Source of the DNA: Phallusia mammillata | Lineage: Eukaryota | Length of the DNA: 64,000 bases | Assembly (NCBI GenBank): GCA_965637545.1 | Contig: OZ281499.1 | Span: forward strand, 4,402,001 to 4,466,000 | Direction of reading: 5' to 3' | Part shown: positions 38,603-51,356 of the stretch, in pieces | Layout: every line of letters starts with the position of its first letter | Position numbering within the stretch: position 1 is the first letter of the stretch | The notes under the pieces: model-generated | What the model was told of the DNA's origin: nothing | Database searches by the model: none | Seen by the model: only the letters and a program-made list of their open reading frames with translations | Translations under genes and position numbers: made by a program

Positions 38603-39591
38603 ATGAGTTTGTCGTTTCAAAACGTGCTTGATTTGTTAAACATAACAATTGAAGTTGGTGATCAAGATTCTGTAGATCAACAAAGATTTTCAGATTTTAA
38701 AGGAGCATTTCGAGAATATCTTAACGATAGAGTTTCGTACTTTCGAAGCGAGGGAAGAGACATTTCTTTTGAAAATTTACAATTTTACAAAATTGAGATT
38801 GCTGATTTAAATGGAAAACAAGTCCTTCGAATGTTGATATCACTTTTAAACAACAAAGAGTTGATAAAAGATGGAAATTGCTTCGTGTTTCTTACCAACA
38901 ACGAACCAGATACTTCAATGACTGTGCTTTGCAGATATTGGATTGAGCTACGAGGCACTTTGACTGAATCGGATAAAGAAAAAGGAAATTGGTTTAAAGC
39001 TTTTGATGACAAATTATGTCAGAAAAGGCAAAATAACCCACGTTATATTGGCTTGGATGACAAAACTATCAAAAAGCTTCGTTCCACTTTGCCAGAGGAA
39101 TATATAAAATACATGGAGCAAAACATGGCTGATCTGCAACCGAAATATCGTCGATTGTTTTTTGGAATTGCATTCGAAATTGCAAAGTGTCACGTGAAAC
39201 ATTGGCTGATCTACGAACACTTGAAGAACTTTCCCAGGTCGTCTCTAATTAAGTTGGCGATTGATAACGGATGCAGTGGGAAGTTGCAGGCGGTTTTTAA
39301 CCACCATTTTTTACATGTTTCTTTTATTCGTAAAACAACTACAGATAGACAGGAACAAATTACCAAAACTCAACAACAAAAAGCCGAATGGCGCAGAGAA
39401 GGAGCAAAGGAGATTATTGATTGGTAAGTCAATCTTTTATAAGCAGCTAAATAGAATATTAACACTAATAGTTGATTATTTGTGTAACTAGTTTTATCTG
39501 TCACAGGATTTTTCAACCAAACGCTGAAGGAAAATACAATGGTGAAGAAGTGAAAAAGGCTGCTGACAAGATAAAGAGATTTTACGAATAG
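38603..39591 (+). CDS. Array family paralog 13, ~301 aa; module A; close to paralog 9
   Basis: Exon 38603-39423, 83-nt intron, exon 39507-39591. Confidence 0.92.
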
Positions 39592-40398
39592 ACCACGAGT
39601 TTAACCAATATGAGTTGAACTGTAGCGAAAAGACATGAGCATCGTGAATGTAACTAGCGAAAAAAAAAACACTTAAATTTTTAGATATTTAAGGCCAAAG
39701 CGATTTACCTTACAGTTTAATTTCCCCTACAATTTATTTCGTATATCGAATCAGTAAATTGAAACTCTTCATCAAAATGCGTGTGACAGAATCCGTTTGT
39801 GCGTTTGATCTTTGCAATGACCCATGTATTTCAGCTGTAAACTTTCACTCCTCTTTCCAGCCTTCGTTTGCTGACCATTAGTTCGCCGCTTTGTTTATTT
39901 CATTATTTGTCCCTTTGTTGAATAAGTTTAATTACTGGTTCTAATTAGTCTTGTAGTTGTGTGTATGTACGTCCATGCGTGTGAGTAAATACACAGAACT
40001 TGCCTTGTAAATAGGCTTGTCATTCAGGGCAAATAAAACACGCCTTTGTACAAATAAAAAAGTCAGTGTAAATCTCTGCTAAAGGGAACTAGTTGGAGAA
40101 GTAAATCAGAACTTTTGGATTGAAGCAACAACAAATTGCGACAAAGATGTAACGTTAAGGATTTAGTGTACATTGTGTGGAATACGAGACGAAATAAATC
40201 AGAACCACAAGGGAATTCCCCTTTAAGGTGAGAAAGGTTCTCTTGCGTTCCGCCGTTCACGCATCGTTGTGACGTCACACTTACTCGACGTACTGCTGAG
40301 TGGCGACACCAAGCAACACAAAGCAACACAAATCCAATGTATGGTTTTGAGATTGATGTATGGTAGTGTGTCGGTTTGTTGTGCATCACCCTCTACAC

Positions 40399-40728
40399 CA
40401 GGGGCGGACAACTTTTGTTACTGTGGGGGCAAATATAATAGCCAAAATTATATCGCGGACCGCACCAGTCTAAAACACAAGGTGGTTTTACTTTGTTGCT
40501 TACCATGCTTACCAAATATGCTTAACTACAAGTAAAATTGGCATTTGATTATTGCCACAAATTGCCAGGTTGCAGAAAAATACCATCGGGCGCATTAATC
40601 AGCTCAAAATATACATTATAGTTGGACTCGTATTCCAGAACTTTTGAAATCCAAGCGTCTCTACGGGCCGCACAACCTTTAATCCAGGGGCCGCATTTTG
40701 CCCGCGGGCCGCAGGTTGCCCACCCCTG
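40399..40728. mobile_element. Non-autonomous hAT (Charlie-type) MITE, 330 bp
   Basis: TIRs CAGGGGCGGACAAC / GTTGCCCACCCCTG with a GCCCGCGGGCCGCA subterminus. TSD is degraded (CTCTACAC / CTCTTAAG). Confidence 0.78.
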
Positions 40729-41051
40729 CTCTTAAGCCACCTTTTAACCCAATGGTCCTCTAACATCAGTTAGGAGGAATTCAAAAACAATACCTTAAAT
40801 TGCCTTTTAAAGTACCATTTGTGAAGTATTTCATCGTGAAGCGTCATTTTTTCATTTAATAGCCCTACCTGTTACCCCACTACACACTTAAAGTACATTA
40901 CACATTAAATGTCTAGATTTAATGCGAATTGACTGGTTTTCACCCCATATAGTATGAATATTTAGGCAGACTATTGATCACCGTGTTTCACTTCACATCG
41001 CAATACCTGGTGAATGCACGAACCTTTCATAATAAGCCGTAGTGTTTATGC

Positions 41052-41267
41052 CAGTAGTTCTCAAACTGTGCGTCGCGACGCCCTGGTGCGTCGTTTCAAT
41101 TTTCCAAGGGCGTCGCAGAATAGATCCGTTTTTTTGAGTTTTTGTTGTTGTATCAATAAACACAACTTTAATAATAAGTTTCCTCATTAAATTTTATTTG
41201 CTGGTCTGTCACAAGTCCAGAAAAACTTGTTCAGGGGCGTCGCAACAAAAAAGTTTGTGAACCACTG
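41052..41267. mobile_element. Non-autonomous hAT (Charlie-type) MITE, 216 bp
   Basis: TIRs CAGTAGTTCTCAAACT / AGTTTGTGAACCACTG; TSD GTTTATGC / GTTTGTGC; empty site GTTTATGCAATAGC at ~38192. Confidence 0.88.
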
Positions 41268-41627
41268 GTTTGTGCAATTGCGACATATGCTAAGGCACCT
41301 TTCTAATAATTTCCTTAATCATTACAAAAGTGTGGCAATCGCGTGACATTGGTTACCTGTGCAACTAGTTTCTGCGAAGCGAAACTAAAGTTATCACTTG
41401 TTTGATTGTCACCTGTGTTACAAAAGTCGTAAAAGGGATCATTTTACGCTTGCCCCATGTTGACAATACGCCGCTACACGATTGGTATTTGTGCGAAATT
41501 ACCGTAGCAGCTGTGGAGAAGTATCTCATTGTGTGTGTTTGGCACAAGCAGAGTCAGTTAAATAAATTCGAACTCTAAGTACAAAACCAAAATTTAAGAA
41601 AACAGTCAAAACAGTTAAGTTTGCAGA

Positions 41628-42614
41628 ATGAGCTTGTCGTTGGAAAATGTGCTTGATTTGTTGAACATATCAATTGAAGTTGGTGATCAAGATTTTGTAG
41701 AGCCACAAAGATTTTCAGAATTTGAAGAAACATTTCGAGACGATCTTAGGAGAAGAATTTCCGACTTACAAAGCAACGGAAGAACGTTTTCATTCGAAAA
41801 TTTACAATTTTACAAATTTAAGATCGGTGATCTGAATGGAAAACAAGTTCTTCGAATGTTGATATCACTCACAAACAACGAAGAGTTGATGAAAGATGGA
41901 AATTGTTTCGTGTTTCTGGTCAACAATGAACCGGATATTTCACTGATTGTGCTTTACAGATATTGGATTGAACTACGAGGTACTTTGACTGAATCGGATA
42001 AAGAAAAAGGAAATTGGTTTAAAGCTTTTGATGACAAATTATGTCAGAAAAGGCAAAATAATCCACATTTTGTTGGTTTGGATAACGAAACTATTAAAGA
42101 GTTTCATTCCACTTTGCCTGAGGAATATACAAAATATATGGAGCAAAAAATGCCCAATCTGCAACCAAAATATCGTCGATTGTTTTTGGAATTGTATTCG
42201 TAATAGCAAAGTGTCACGTGAAAAGTTGGCTGGTTTACGAACACTTAAAAGACTTTCCTAGGTCGTCTCTCATTAAGTTAGCACTTGATAACGGATGTAG
42301 TGGAAAGTTGCAGGCAGTTTTCAACAACCATTTTTTGGACGTTTCTTGCATTCATAAAAAAACTACAGATAGAAATGAACAAATTACCAAAATTCAACAA
42401 CAGAAAGCCGAATGGCGCAGAGAAGGAGAAAAAGATATTATTGATTGGTGAGTCAAACTTTTATAAATAGCAAAAAAGTAACACCATCAAGAGCCTATAG
42501 TTTGTTTAAACTAATTTTGTCTGTCATAGGATTTTTCCACCAAATGCCGAAGGTAAATACGATGGGGAAGAAGTGAAAAAGGCTGCTGACAAGATAAAGA
42601 GATTTTATAAATAG
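41628..42614 (+). pseudogene. Paralog 14, 1-nt frameshift at ~42185; chimeric; module A
   Basis: TTTTTGG instead of TTTTTTGG splits ORFs 41628-42203 and 42218-42451. Donor at 42448, last exon 42530-42614. Confidence 0.85.
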
Positions 42615-43974
42615 TTCACGAATTTAAACCATAGATTTGAACTGTACCGAATATTCATGGATATCACAAATTATGTCTTTACTGACAAAATAATAACTTA
42701 TCTGTTACTGACTGTATGCGGATAAAATCGGCTTACCGCCATTAAAATTTTGACCATTCAAGATAAAAGCGATTAACGCAACAGTTTATTTCTACTTATA
42801 ATTGATTTAACATAGTGAATTAGTTAACTTGAAGCGATATATCAAAATGTGTGTGACAGAATGCGTTTGCGTGCGGTTGACTTTTTTTAGACGTGTTATA
42901 TATATCCAAGCTGTGAACTTGCATTCCTTGTTTTGCTTACCATCAGTTTGCGACATTGTTTGTTTCAGTATTTGCTCGTTTGCTGACTCAGTTTAATTAC
43001 TGGTTGTGAATCTTCTTGTGCTTGTGTGTTATGTACGTCGGTGCGTGTAAGCAAATACACAAAACTTGCATTGTAACTACCTATCAAGGCAAATAAAACA
43101 CGCCTTTGTGTAAATTAAAAAGTCTGCGCAAATCTCTGCTGAGGGGGCCAGTTGAAAAAGAAAAGTAGAGGTTTTGGATTGAAGCAACAATAAATTACGA
43201 CAAAGAAGTGATGCAAAAAAAGGCCTCTGTAGTTTTGAACAAAGAACTACGAAAGAAAAAAATCACGTCAGAACACTGGCTCCCATTTCAACCAAAAGAA
43301 AAAACCCTTCAGCAAGAGTACGATTTTTATGTGGTTGGGTTTTCACGCATCACTGTGACGTCATGCATACCAGAGTCACTGGTGTATGACATCATGTATA
43401 CCAGAGGCACAAGATTAAACCTCTGTTACACAGGACCCATCCGAATTATTTTCAGCATGACTAATGATAACAATACGCAGCTATATAAAAAGTATTTTCG
43501 CCCGCCACTGTATGAATTTGCAATAAAATGTTTAAATAAAGTTTCATTTTTGTCACAGGATTTTTACTCCCGCTGGAGTTAACCTTGTATTTGACATTGA
43601 CTTGATGAATTGTGTCTATGTGTGTACAAATTATAATGTATAAACTGTACAATTGTAATTAATATGATATTTTATAACATATTCTCTGCACTTAATTTTA
43701 GTCGTATGTTGCGTAATATTTTAATTGGTAGTTACAACTTTTCAACGAGGCACAAGGCCCATTCGAACATAACCACAAGGGAATTACCCCTTGGCGTGAG
43801 TAAGGTTTTGTTGTGTATCGTCACGGAATGGTTTGTGCGGTTAACCTTAGCACACAAGCAGAAGTAACTCATTGTGAAAATGGGAAGCCACTACAAACAG
43901 AATCAGTTGAATAAAATCGAACTCAAAATACAGCACCAAAGTTTAGAAACATACGAAAGAGTTAATCTTAGAGA

Positions 43975-44962
43975 ATGAGTTTGTCGTTTGCAAACGTGCT
44001 TGATTTGTTGAACATAACAATTGAAGTTGGTGATCAAGATTCTGTAGATCCACAACTATATTTCGAATTTCAAGGAGATTTTAGAGAATATCTTGAGGGA
44101 AGAGTTCCGTATTTTCAAAGCGAGGGAAGAGAGATTTCTTTTGAAAATTTACAATTTTATAAAATTGGCATTGATCATCTGACCGGAAAACAAGTTCTTC
44201 GAATGTTGATATCACTTACAAACAACGAAAAGTTGATGAAAGATGGAAATTGCTTTGTGTTTCTTACCAACAAAGAACCAGAAATTTCACTGACCGTGAT
44301 TTACAGATATTGGATTGAAATACGAACCGTTTTGGCTAAATCGAATGAAGATAAAGGAAATTGGCCAAAAGCTTTTGATGACAAAACATGTCAGGAAAGG
44401 CAAAATGACTCACGTTACATTGGGTTGGATGACAAAACTATTAAAGAGTTTCGTTCCACTTTACCTGAGGAATATTCAAAATACATGGAGCATAACATGG
44501 CTGATCTGCAACCAAAATATCGTCGATTGTTTTTTGGAATTGTATTCGAAATAACAAAGTGTCACGTGAAAAATTGGCTGGTCTATGAACACTTGAAAGA
44601 CTTTCCAAGGTCGTCTCTCATTAAGTTGGCGATTGATAACGGATGTAGTGGAAAATTGCAGGCGGTTTTTAACAACCACTTTTTACACGTTTCTTATCTT
44701 CGCGAAAAAACTACCGATAGACAGGAACAAATTACCAAAATTCAACAACAAAAAGCCCGATGGCGCAGAAAAGGAGCAAAGGAGATTATTAATTGGTAAG
44801 TCAAACTTTTAAAAAAACAAAGATGTTATTAACACCAATAGTTGATTATCACTGTACACTCGTTTTGTCTTTCGTAGGATTTTTCCACCAAACGCCGAAG
44901 GTAAATACGATGATGAAGAAGTGAAAAAGGCTGCTGCCAAGATAAAGAGATTTTATGAATAG
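43975..44962 (+). CDS. Array family paralog 15, ~301 aa; module A
   Basis: Exon 43975-44795, 82-nt intron, exon 44878-44962. Confidence 0.92.
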
Positions 44963-45895
44963 GCCACAAATTTACCATAGATTTGAACTGTACCGAATAT
45001 TCATGTATATCACAAACAGTGTGTTTACTGAAAAAATAGTCCATGTCTGTTACTGTATGTTGATAAAAGCGACTTACCGCCATTAAATTTTAATCATTCA
45101 AGATAAAAGCAATTAACGCCACAGTCTAATTTTATCTACAACCTATTTCTTTTTGCGATTTAGTTAACTTGAAGCAATACTTTAAAATTTGCGGGCGACA
45201 ATGCGTTTGCTTGCGGTTGACTTTTTTTAGACGTATTAAATGTATTCCAGCTGTAAAGTTTCTTTTCTTGTTTTGCTGGCCGTCTGTTTGCGACTTGGTT
45301 TGTTTCATTACTTGCTCATTACATGACTCAGTTTAATTACTGGTTCAAAATCTTCTTATGCTTGTGTGTATGTACGTGCGTGTGCAAAACTTGCATTGTA
45401 AATAAACCTACCTTTCGAAGCAAGGCAAAAAAACACGCCTTTGTACATGTAAAAAAGTCTGCGTATCTCTTTGCTAAAGGGACCAGTTGGAGAAGAAGTA
45501 GAGGTTTTGGATTCAAGCAACAATAAATTACGACAAAGAAGTGACGCAAGAAGGCCGCTGTAGACTCGAACAGAGAATTACGAAAGAAAAAAACCTCACG
45601 TCAGAACATAGGCTTCCATTTTAACCAAAAAGAAAAAAAACACCTTTGGTAAGAGTCAGTTTTTTATGTGGTTGTGTTGTCACGCACCACTGTGACGTCA
45701 TGCATACCAGAGTCACTGGTGTGTGACGTCATGTAAACCAGATTTACTGGTATTATTTACCTTCTGTTACACAAGACTCAGTTATTTTCAGCATAACTAA
45801 TGTTAACAATACGCCGCTATGTGAATAGTATTTTGCGCCCGTCACTGTTTGAATTTGCATTAAAATATTTAAACAAAGTTATATATTTTTCACGG

Positions 45896-45977
45896 GATTT
45901 TCCCTCCCGCTGGAGCAAATTATGATGGTGAAAAAGTAAAACAAGCAGCTCATAAGATAAAGAAATTTTATGAATGA
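45896..45977 (+). pseudogene. Orphan last exon (uninterrupted relative of the 8577 exon)
   Basis: IFPPAGANYDGEKVKQAAHKIKKFYE*; acceptor mutated to CGG. Confidence 0.7.
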
Positions 45978-46534
45978 AACATCAAATACGAACATTATGA
46001 TCGCTTGCAGTTTCATTTTAATATTTATAGTAGCATATAACCTTGTAAATGTTAACCTTGTGTTTAACATTGACTGATGAATTGTGTTTCTGTGTCTACA
46101 AATTATAATGTATAAACTTTACAACATTGTAACCATTACGATATTTTATAACATATTTTCTGCAGTTACTTTTAGACATATTTTTGCGCAACATTGCTAA
46201 ATGGTAGGTTTAAGACATAGGCGTCACAGAATAAATAATTGTTATTTGCGAGCGAATTCAAGCATTACCACAAGGGAATTACCCCTCGGCGTGAGTAAGG
46301 TTTTGTTGCGTTTCGTCGTTGACACATCGATGTGACGTCACGCATACCATATGCTCTGCTTTGTGGCGACACCAAGCGACACAAAATCAACTCATATACT
46401 TTAAACATTTCTAAAACTTTCAGTTTGTTGCAAACAAAACAGGCCAGAAACGTTTAGCTACTGTGTCATGTTCAGATTTTTAGCAATTACGTAAAAAAAA
46501 CGAAACATGTGAACCCATATTATTGACCTTAGTT

Positions 46535-47106
46535 CAATGGTTTTCAACCTTTCATAGATCATGGACCTTTCAAAGTACTTTTAAAACCTAAGGCCCCCCT
46601 TAAATAACCAGTAATCACACAAAATTCAAAAAAAAAACTTAACTTGTAGTCTAGGTTTTATCAAGGTAGGTAATATTTTTCCCAAAACAGTCGAGCGGAA
46701 TGAATATTAAGACACTAAACAGGCCCCGCGGAGCTCAACACGAAAAGGCCCACGTTTAACGATATGCTATGGCCATGGAAATAAGTGACATGCCGAATCA
46801 CTTAAATTAGTAAAAGCAGCTTAAGTTATAGAAACTTTATTTTAGTTTCACAATAAATTCATCTTTAAGTAAGTAGAATAAAGTATTTTAGTAAAAGTAC
46901 TCGGTGGCTCCAATGTGGACACAAAGATCGAGTGGAAAATTGTCAACTAACGCAGTAAAACGATTGTTCATCCACTCGTTATAAATCGAAACTCAAAATT
47001 TGCAAAATACCCTTAATTCTGTGCATTACGAACGAAAAAGGGTTACACCACAATGTTTCCAGTGACCCTTATAGGGGCACAGGATCCCGGTTGTTGAGAA
47101 CCACTG
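46535..47106. mobile_element. Non-autonomous hAT (Charlie-type) MITE, 572 bp
   Basis: TIRs CAATGGTTTTCAAC / GTTGAGAACCACTG; TSD CCTTAGTT / CTTTAGTT. Confidence 0.85.
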
Positions 47107-47376
47107 CTTTAGTTCCTGGCTTCCTGTGCCACTAGTTTCTGTAAAACGAAACTGAAGTCACAAAAGATTTTTTATTTTCAGCATGACTGATGTTAACAAT
47201 ACGCCGCCATGTGTTTGGCTTTTGTTCTGACGATAATTAAAACGACACTGACGCAATGTGATACGTGACAGTTACGGTGTTGTTTTGTGTGCTTAAACCT
47301 TAGCACCTGTGGAAAAGGAACTCATTGAGAATGTGATCAGCCATTAAAGTTAGTTGAAAAGTTAAAAGCTTGCAGA

Positions 47377-48493
47377 ATGAGTTTGTCGTTTGAAAACGTG
47401 CTTGATTTGTTAAACATAACAATTGAAGTTGGTGATCAAGATTCTGTGGATCCACAAAGATTTTCAGATTTTAAAGGAACATATCGAGACCAACTTGAAA
47501 TAAGAATGTCGTACTTTCAAAGTCAGGGACGTACGTTTTCATTTAAAAATTTACAATATTACAAAATTGAGATTGGTGATCTTAACGGAAAATAAGTTCT
47601 TCGAATGTTGATATCACTCACAAACAACAAAGAGTTGATGAAACCTGGAAATTGTTTCGTGTTTCTGGTCAACAATGAACCAGATACTTCACTGACTGTG
47701 TTTTACAGTCATTGGTTTGAGCCACGAGCTACTTCTGGATCGGATAATGATAGAGGAAATTGGACTCGAGCCTTTGATGACAAAACACGAGAAGAGAGGC
47801 AGAAATATCCCTTTTCCTTTGGATATGACAACCAAGCCATCAATGAGTTTCGCTCCACATTATCTGAGCAATATGTGAATTATATGAGGCAAAAAATGGT
47901 CAATATAGAACCAAAATATCGTCGATTGTTTTTTGGAGTTTTCTTTGAAGTTGCCAAATGTCACGTGAGAGATTGGAAAGTTCACAAATATTTGAAAAAC
48001 TTTCCCACTGCTTCTCTTATCAAGTTGGCAATTGATAATGGATGTAGTGGAAAGTTGCAGGCTGTTTTTAACGACCATGACATCTTGAAAGATTTGTTTA
48101 AAGACATCAGTCCACGGCTTAGTGAAGAAGAAAGACTTTCTGTCTACCATGCTCGTAAAGATGAACTACGAAAAGAAGGAGCAAAGTTAATTATTGACAA
48201 GTAAGTTTGCTACCTTCTGTTGCAAAAAGTCACAATTAGTAAAATGATAGCTATGCAAATCGTGTGTAACAGAATAAAGGCAATGGCGCACACGTTAAGT
48301 GCAAAAATGTCTTTAAAACGTACCATTTTTTCATTGTTTATGTATATATATTATTACCAACATGAGACATATTGTTTTCGCAAACGCAAATTCCCTTTCT
48401 CGTTTCAGAATTTTCCCACCTACTGCTGAAGGAAAGTACGATAAAAGTGAAGTAACAAAAGTCGCTGATGAGATGAAATCATTTTACTTGTAA
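47377..48493 (+). pseudogene. Paralog 16, single in-frame nonsense (CAA>TAA at 47593); module D
   Basis: ORFs 47377-47595 and 47605-48204 are in the same frame. Donor at 48201, last exon 48409-48493. Confidence 0.88.
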
Positions 48494-50415
48494 AAAGTTT
48501 GCAAAAAATGTCAGACGCCCAAGAACGTATCGTGATGTTTTTCGATTCATTTTGTTCCTAAACTTGTAAATAATGTGTAGTGATTGTCATACTAGTGGCG
48601 TTATGCAATTGGCCGAAATTTGTAAAGTTAAATGTTACCACCACGATATTTTTCTGTTGTTTGTTCGACACACACCCATGTGATATTATGCGTACCAGAA
48701 CCATTGCTCTGCAGCGACGTCAAGTGACCTTCGACAAAAGTTAAGAAAATTATGCGAAAATATGACGTAAAGCGTTTGTCTTCGAAATCCTGTAATACGA
48801 AACGCGATTTGAAAAATCTAGCAGTGGAACCAGGAGCATTTGAACCTACACAGACACAAAAGATTTTACTGCGTGAATACCTCTGCTTGAAAAGGGTTAT
48901 CGAAAATCCGTTAAGGAAGCTTCGAAAATGCTGTCATCGTAAATTACTTCAATTAGTCAGCAAACAAACAGTTGAAGTATAAATTTATGTCATGTTTGCT
49001 TTTCGGTGTCTGGTTGCGAAACATCAAAGCTTTTTACCTGGTTTGGGTATTTACTCCGTGTAATGTTGTAAATCAAAGCCATAAATCAAAAGGCCGTATA
49101 AGCAATTTAGTGTATTTGCAACTCCCAGCAAGCTAAAGAAATAACTACAGCTTTCCCGATAGTAAAATATGTCATTGCAAAGCGTCAGTAACTGGATTTT
49201 CTCTTCTAGCGTTATGTTGCATTTAAAATTGGCTGATAAATTTTGTCTCTGTGTGTGTAAATTATAATGTATAATCTTTCCAATTTTGCAACCAATATGA
49301 TATTTTATAACATATCCTCTGCACCTAATTTCAGTCGTATTTTGCGAAACAATGCGAAACGGTCATCAAAGCTTTTGAGTGAGGGGCAAAGGTCACATGA
49401 TAAATAATTGTTATTCGATAAGCGAAATCAAATCCAACCAATATGACGTCACACTTACGAGACGCTTTATTCTGTTGCGCCACCAAGCGACACAAAATCA
49501 ACTTAGATCATAACCGTTCAAATAGGGGTAGACCGCGAGACTTTAGTTCCAATCTACTTGTGCCATTCAGTTCTGTGTGAAGCGAAAAAAATGTTGCCGA
49601 TATGATTGTCACTTTTGTTGCACAAAATAAATCATTTTCAGCATGACTAAAGTTAACAATATGTCGCTATAAAATGGTGTTTGTGCCCCACGACCAACTA
49701 AGCCACACTGTCAGTATTTGAGACAAGACAGTTACGGTATGCGGTTATGTGCTTAACTTCACCACCTGTGGACAAGAAACTCATTGTAAATGTGAGGTTG
49801 AAAAAACTCGAACTCTAAATTAAATTGCTTTAATCTTAACTTTGCTTATTTCGAAAAAACTAAATAGGCTACTACCGCTTAAAACAGGTTTTTAAACATG
49901 TCTTAAGAAAGTTTTTGAAATGCAGACATCGTAAATTATCTCCTTTGTCAGCAAACAAAACCGCTGAAGTTTCAATTAATTTGATGTTTGCTATCCAATG
50001 TCCGATTTCGTGACTGTTATTTAGATATTTACCCAGTGTCATGCTGTTAAAGGATAATTTGGAAACAAACAAATTAAGTTCGAAAAAGGCCTCCAAGCTA
50101 GAAAGAAGGCTAAAGATTACGTAGTCTCTTAATTGCAATACAGGCACCACATTTATTTTGTTACAATGATATTAGTCAGTTTGTAACTAAAATGAGTAAA
50201 CTTTTAGAATAACCTTGTTCACACATTCGTGTCGCAGAAGAATCGGTTTGGGTTTATAAAATATCAGTTAATTTATTGGTTTGTGTGCTTAACCCTAGCA
50301 CCTGTGGGTGAGCTCCTCATTGTAAATGTGATAAGCCACCAAACTCAGCTGAATAAGTTTAAAGTCTAAATACAGCATCAAATTTTGGAAACAGACAAAG
50401 AGTTAAGTTTGCAGA

Positions 50416-51356
50416 ATGAGTTTGTCGTTTGAAAACGTGCTTGATTTGATGAACATAACCCTTAAAGTTGGTGATCAAGATTCTGTAAGACCAAAGAGGT
50501 TTTCCGATTTTCAAGGAGCTTTTCGGGACGACCTCGAATCAAGAATTCCATACTTTCAAAACAAAGGACAAATGTTTACATTTGCAAGTCTTCAATTTTA
50601 CAAAATTGAGATTGGTGATTATAATGGAAAACAGGTTCTCCGAATGTTGATATCACTCACAAACAACAGAGAGTGGATGAAACCTGGAAATTGTTTCGTG
50701 TTTCTGGTCAACAACGAACCAGATACTTCACTGACTGTGCTTCACAGTTATTGTTTCGAAGTACGAGGTGTTTCGGCTGAATCGGGAGAAGAAAGAGGTT
50801 TGTTTGCAAGAGCGTTTGATGACAAAACGTGTTTCAAGCGTCAAAAGAACCCTGAGTTTGTCGGCTACGATTCACAAACACTTGAAAAATTTCGCTCCAC
50901 ATTATCTGAGCAATATGAGATATACATGCAACAGAAGATGTCCAATTTGGAACCAAAATATCGTCGATTGTTTTTTGGAGTTGTGTACGAAATTGCAAAG
51001 TGCCATGTGAGGCATTTAGAAGTTTACAAACATTTATGGAACTTTCCAAAAGCCTCCCTTGTCAAATTAGCACTTGATAATCGATTTAGTGGAAAGTTGC
51101 AAGCGGTTTTTAACGACCACAATTTGGATATTTCGTCCCATTCGGGTAAAAAAGTCCACAGCATCAAAGCCAAACTGCGTTTGGAGGGGGCAAAGGTCAT
51201 CATTGACATGTAAGTCGAAAACGAGACAGCAGTGAACAATAAATAAATTGTGAGTTTTCTGTTCATTACAGGATTTTTCCACCGAATGCTGAAGGAAAAT
51301 ACGAAGACGAAAAAGTAAGACAAGTTGCTGACGAGATGAAGAAATTTTATGAATGA
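50416..51356 (+). CDS. Array family paralog 17, ~292 aa; LMN N-type with a shortened module C
   Basis: Exon 50416-51209, 62-nt intron, exon 51272-51356; in-frame deletion in the C-terminal variable segment. Confidence 0.9.
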
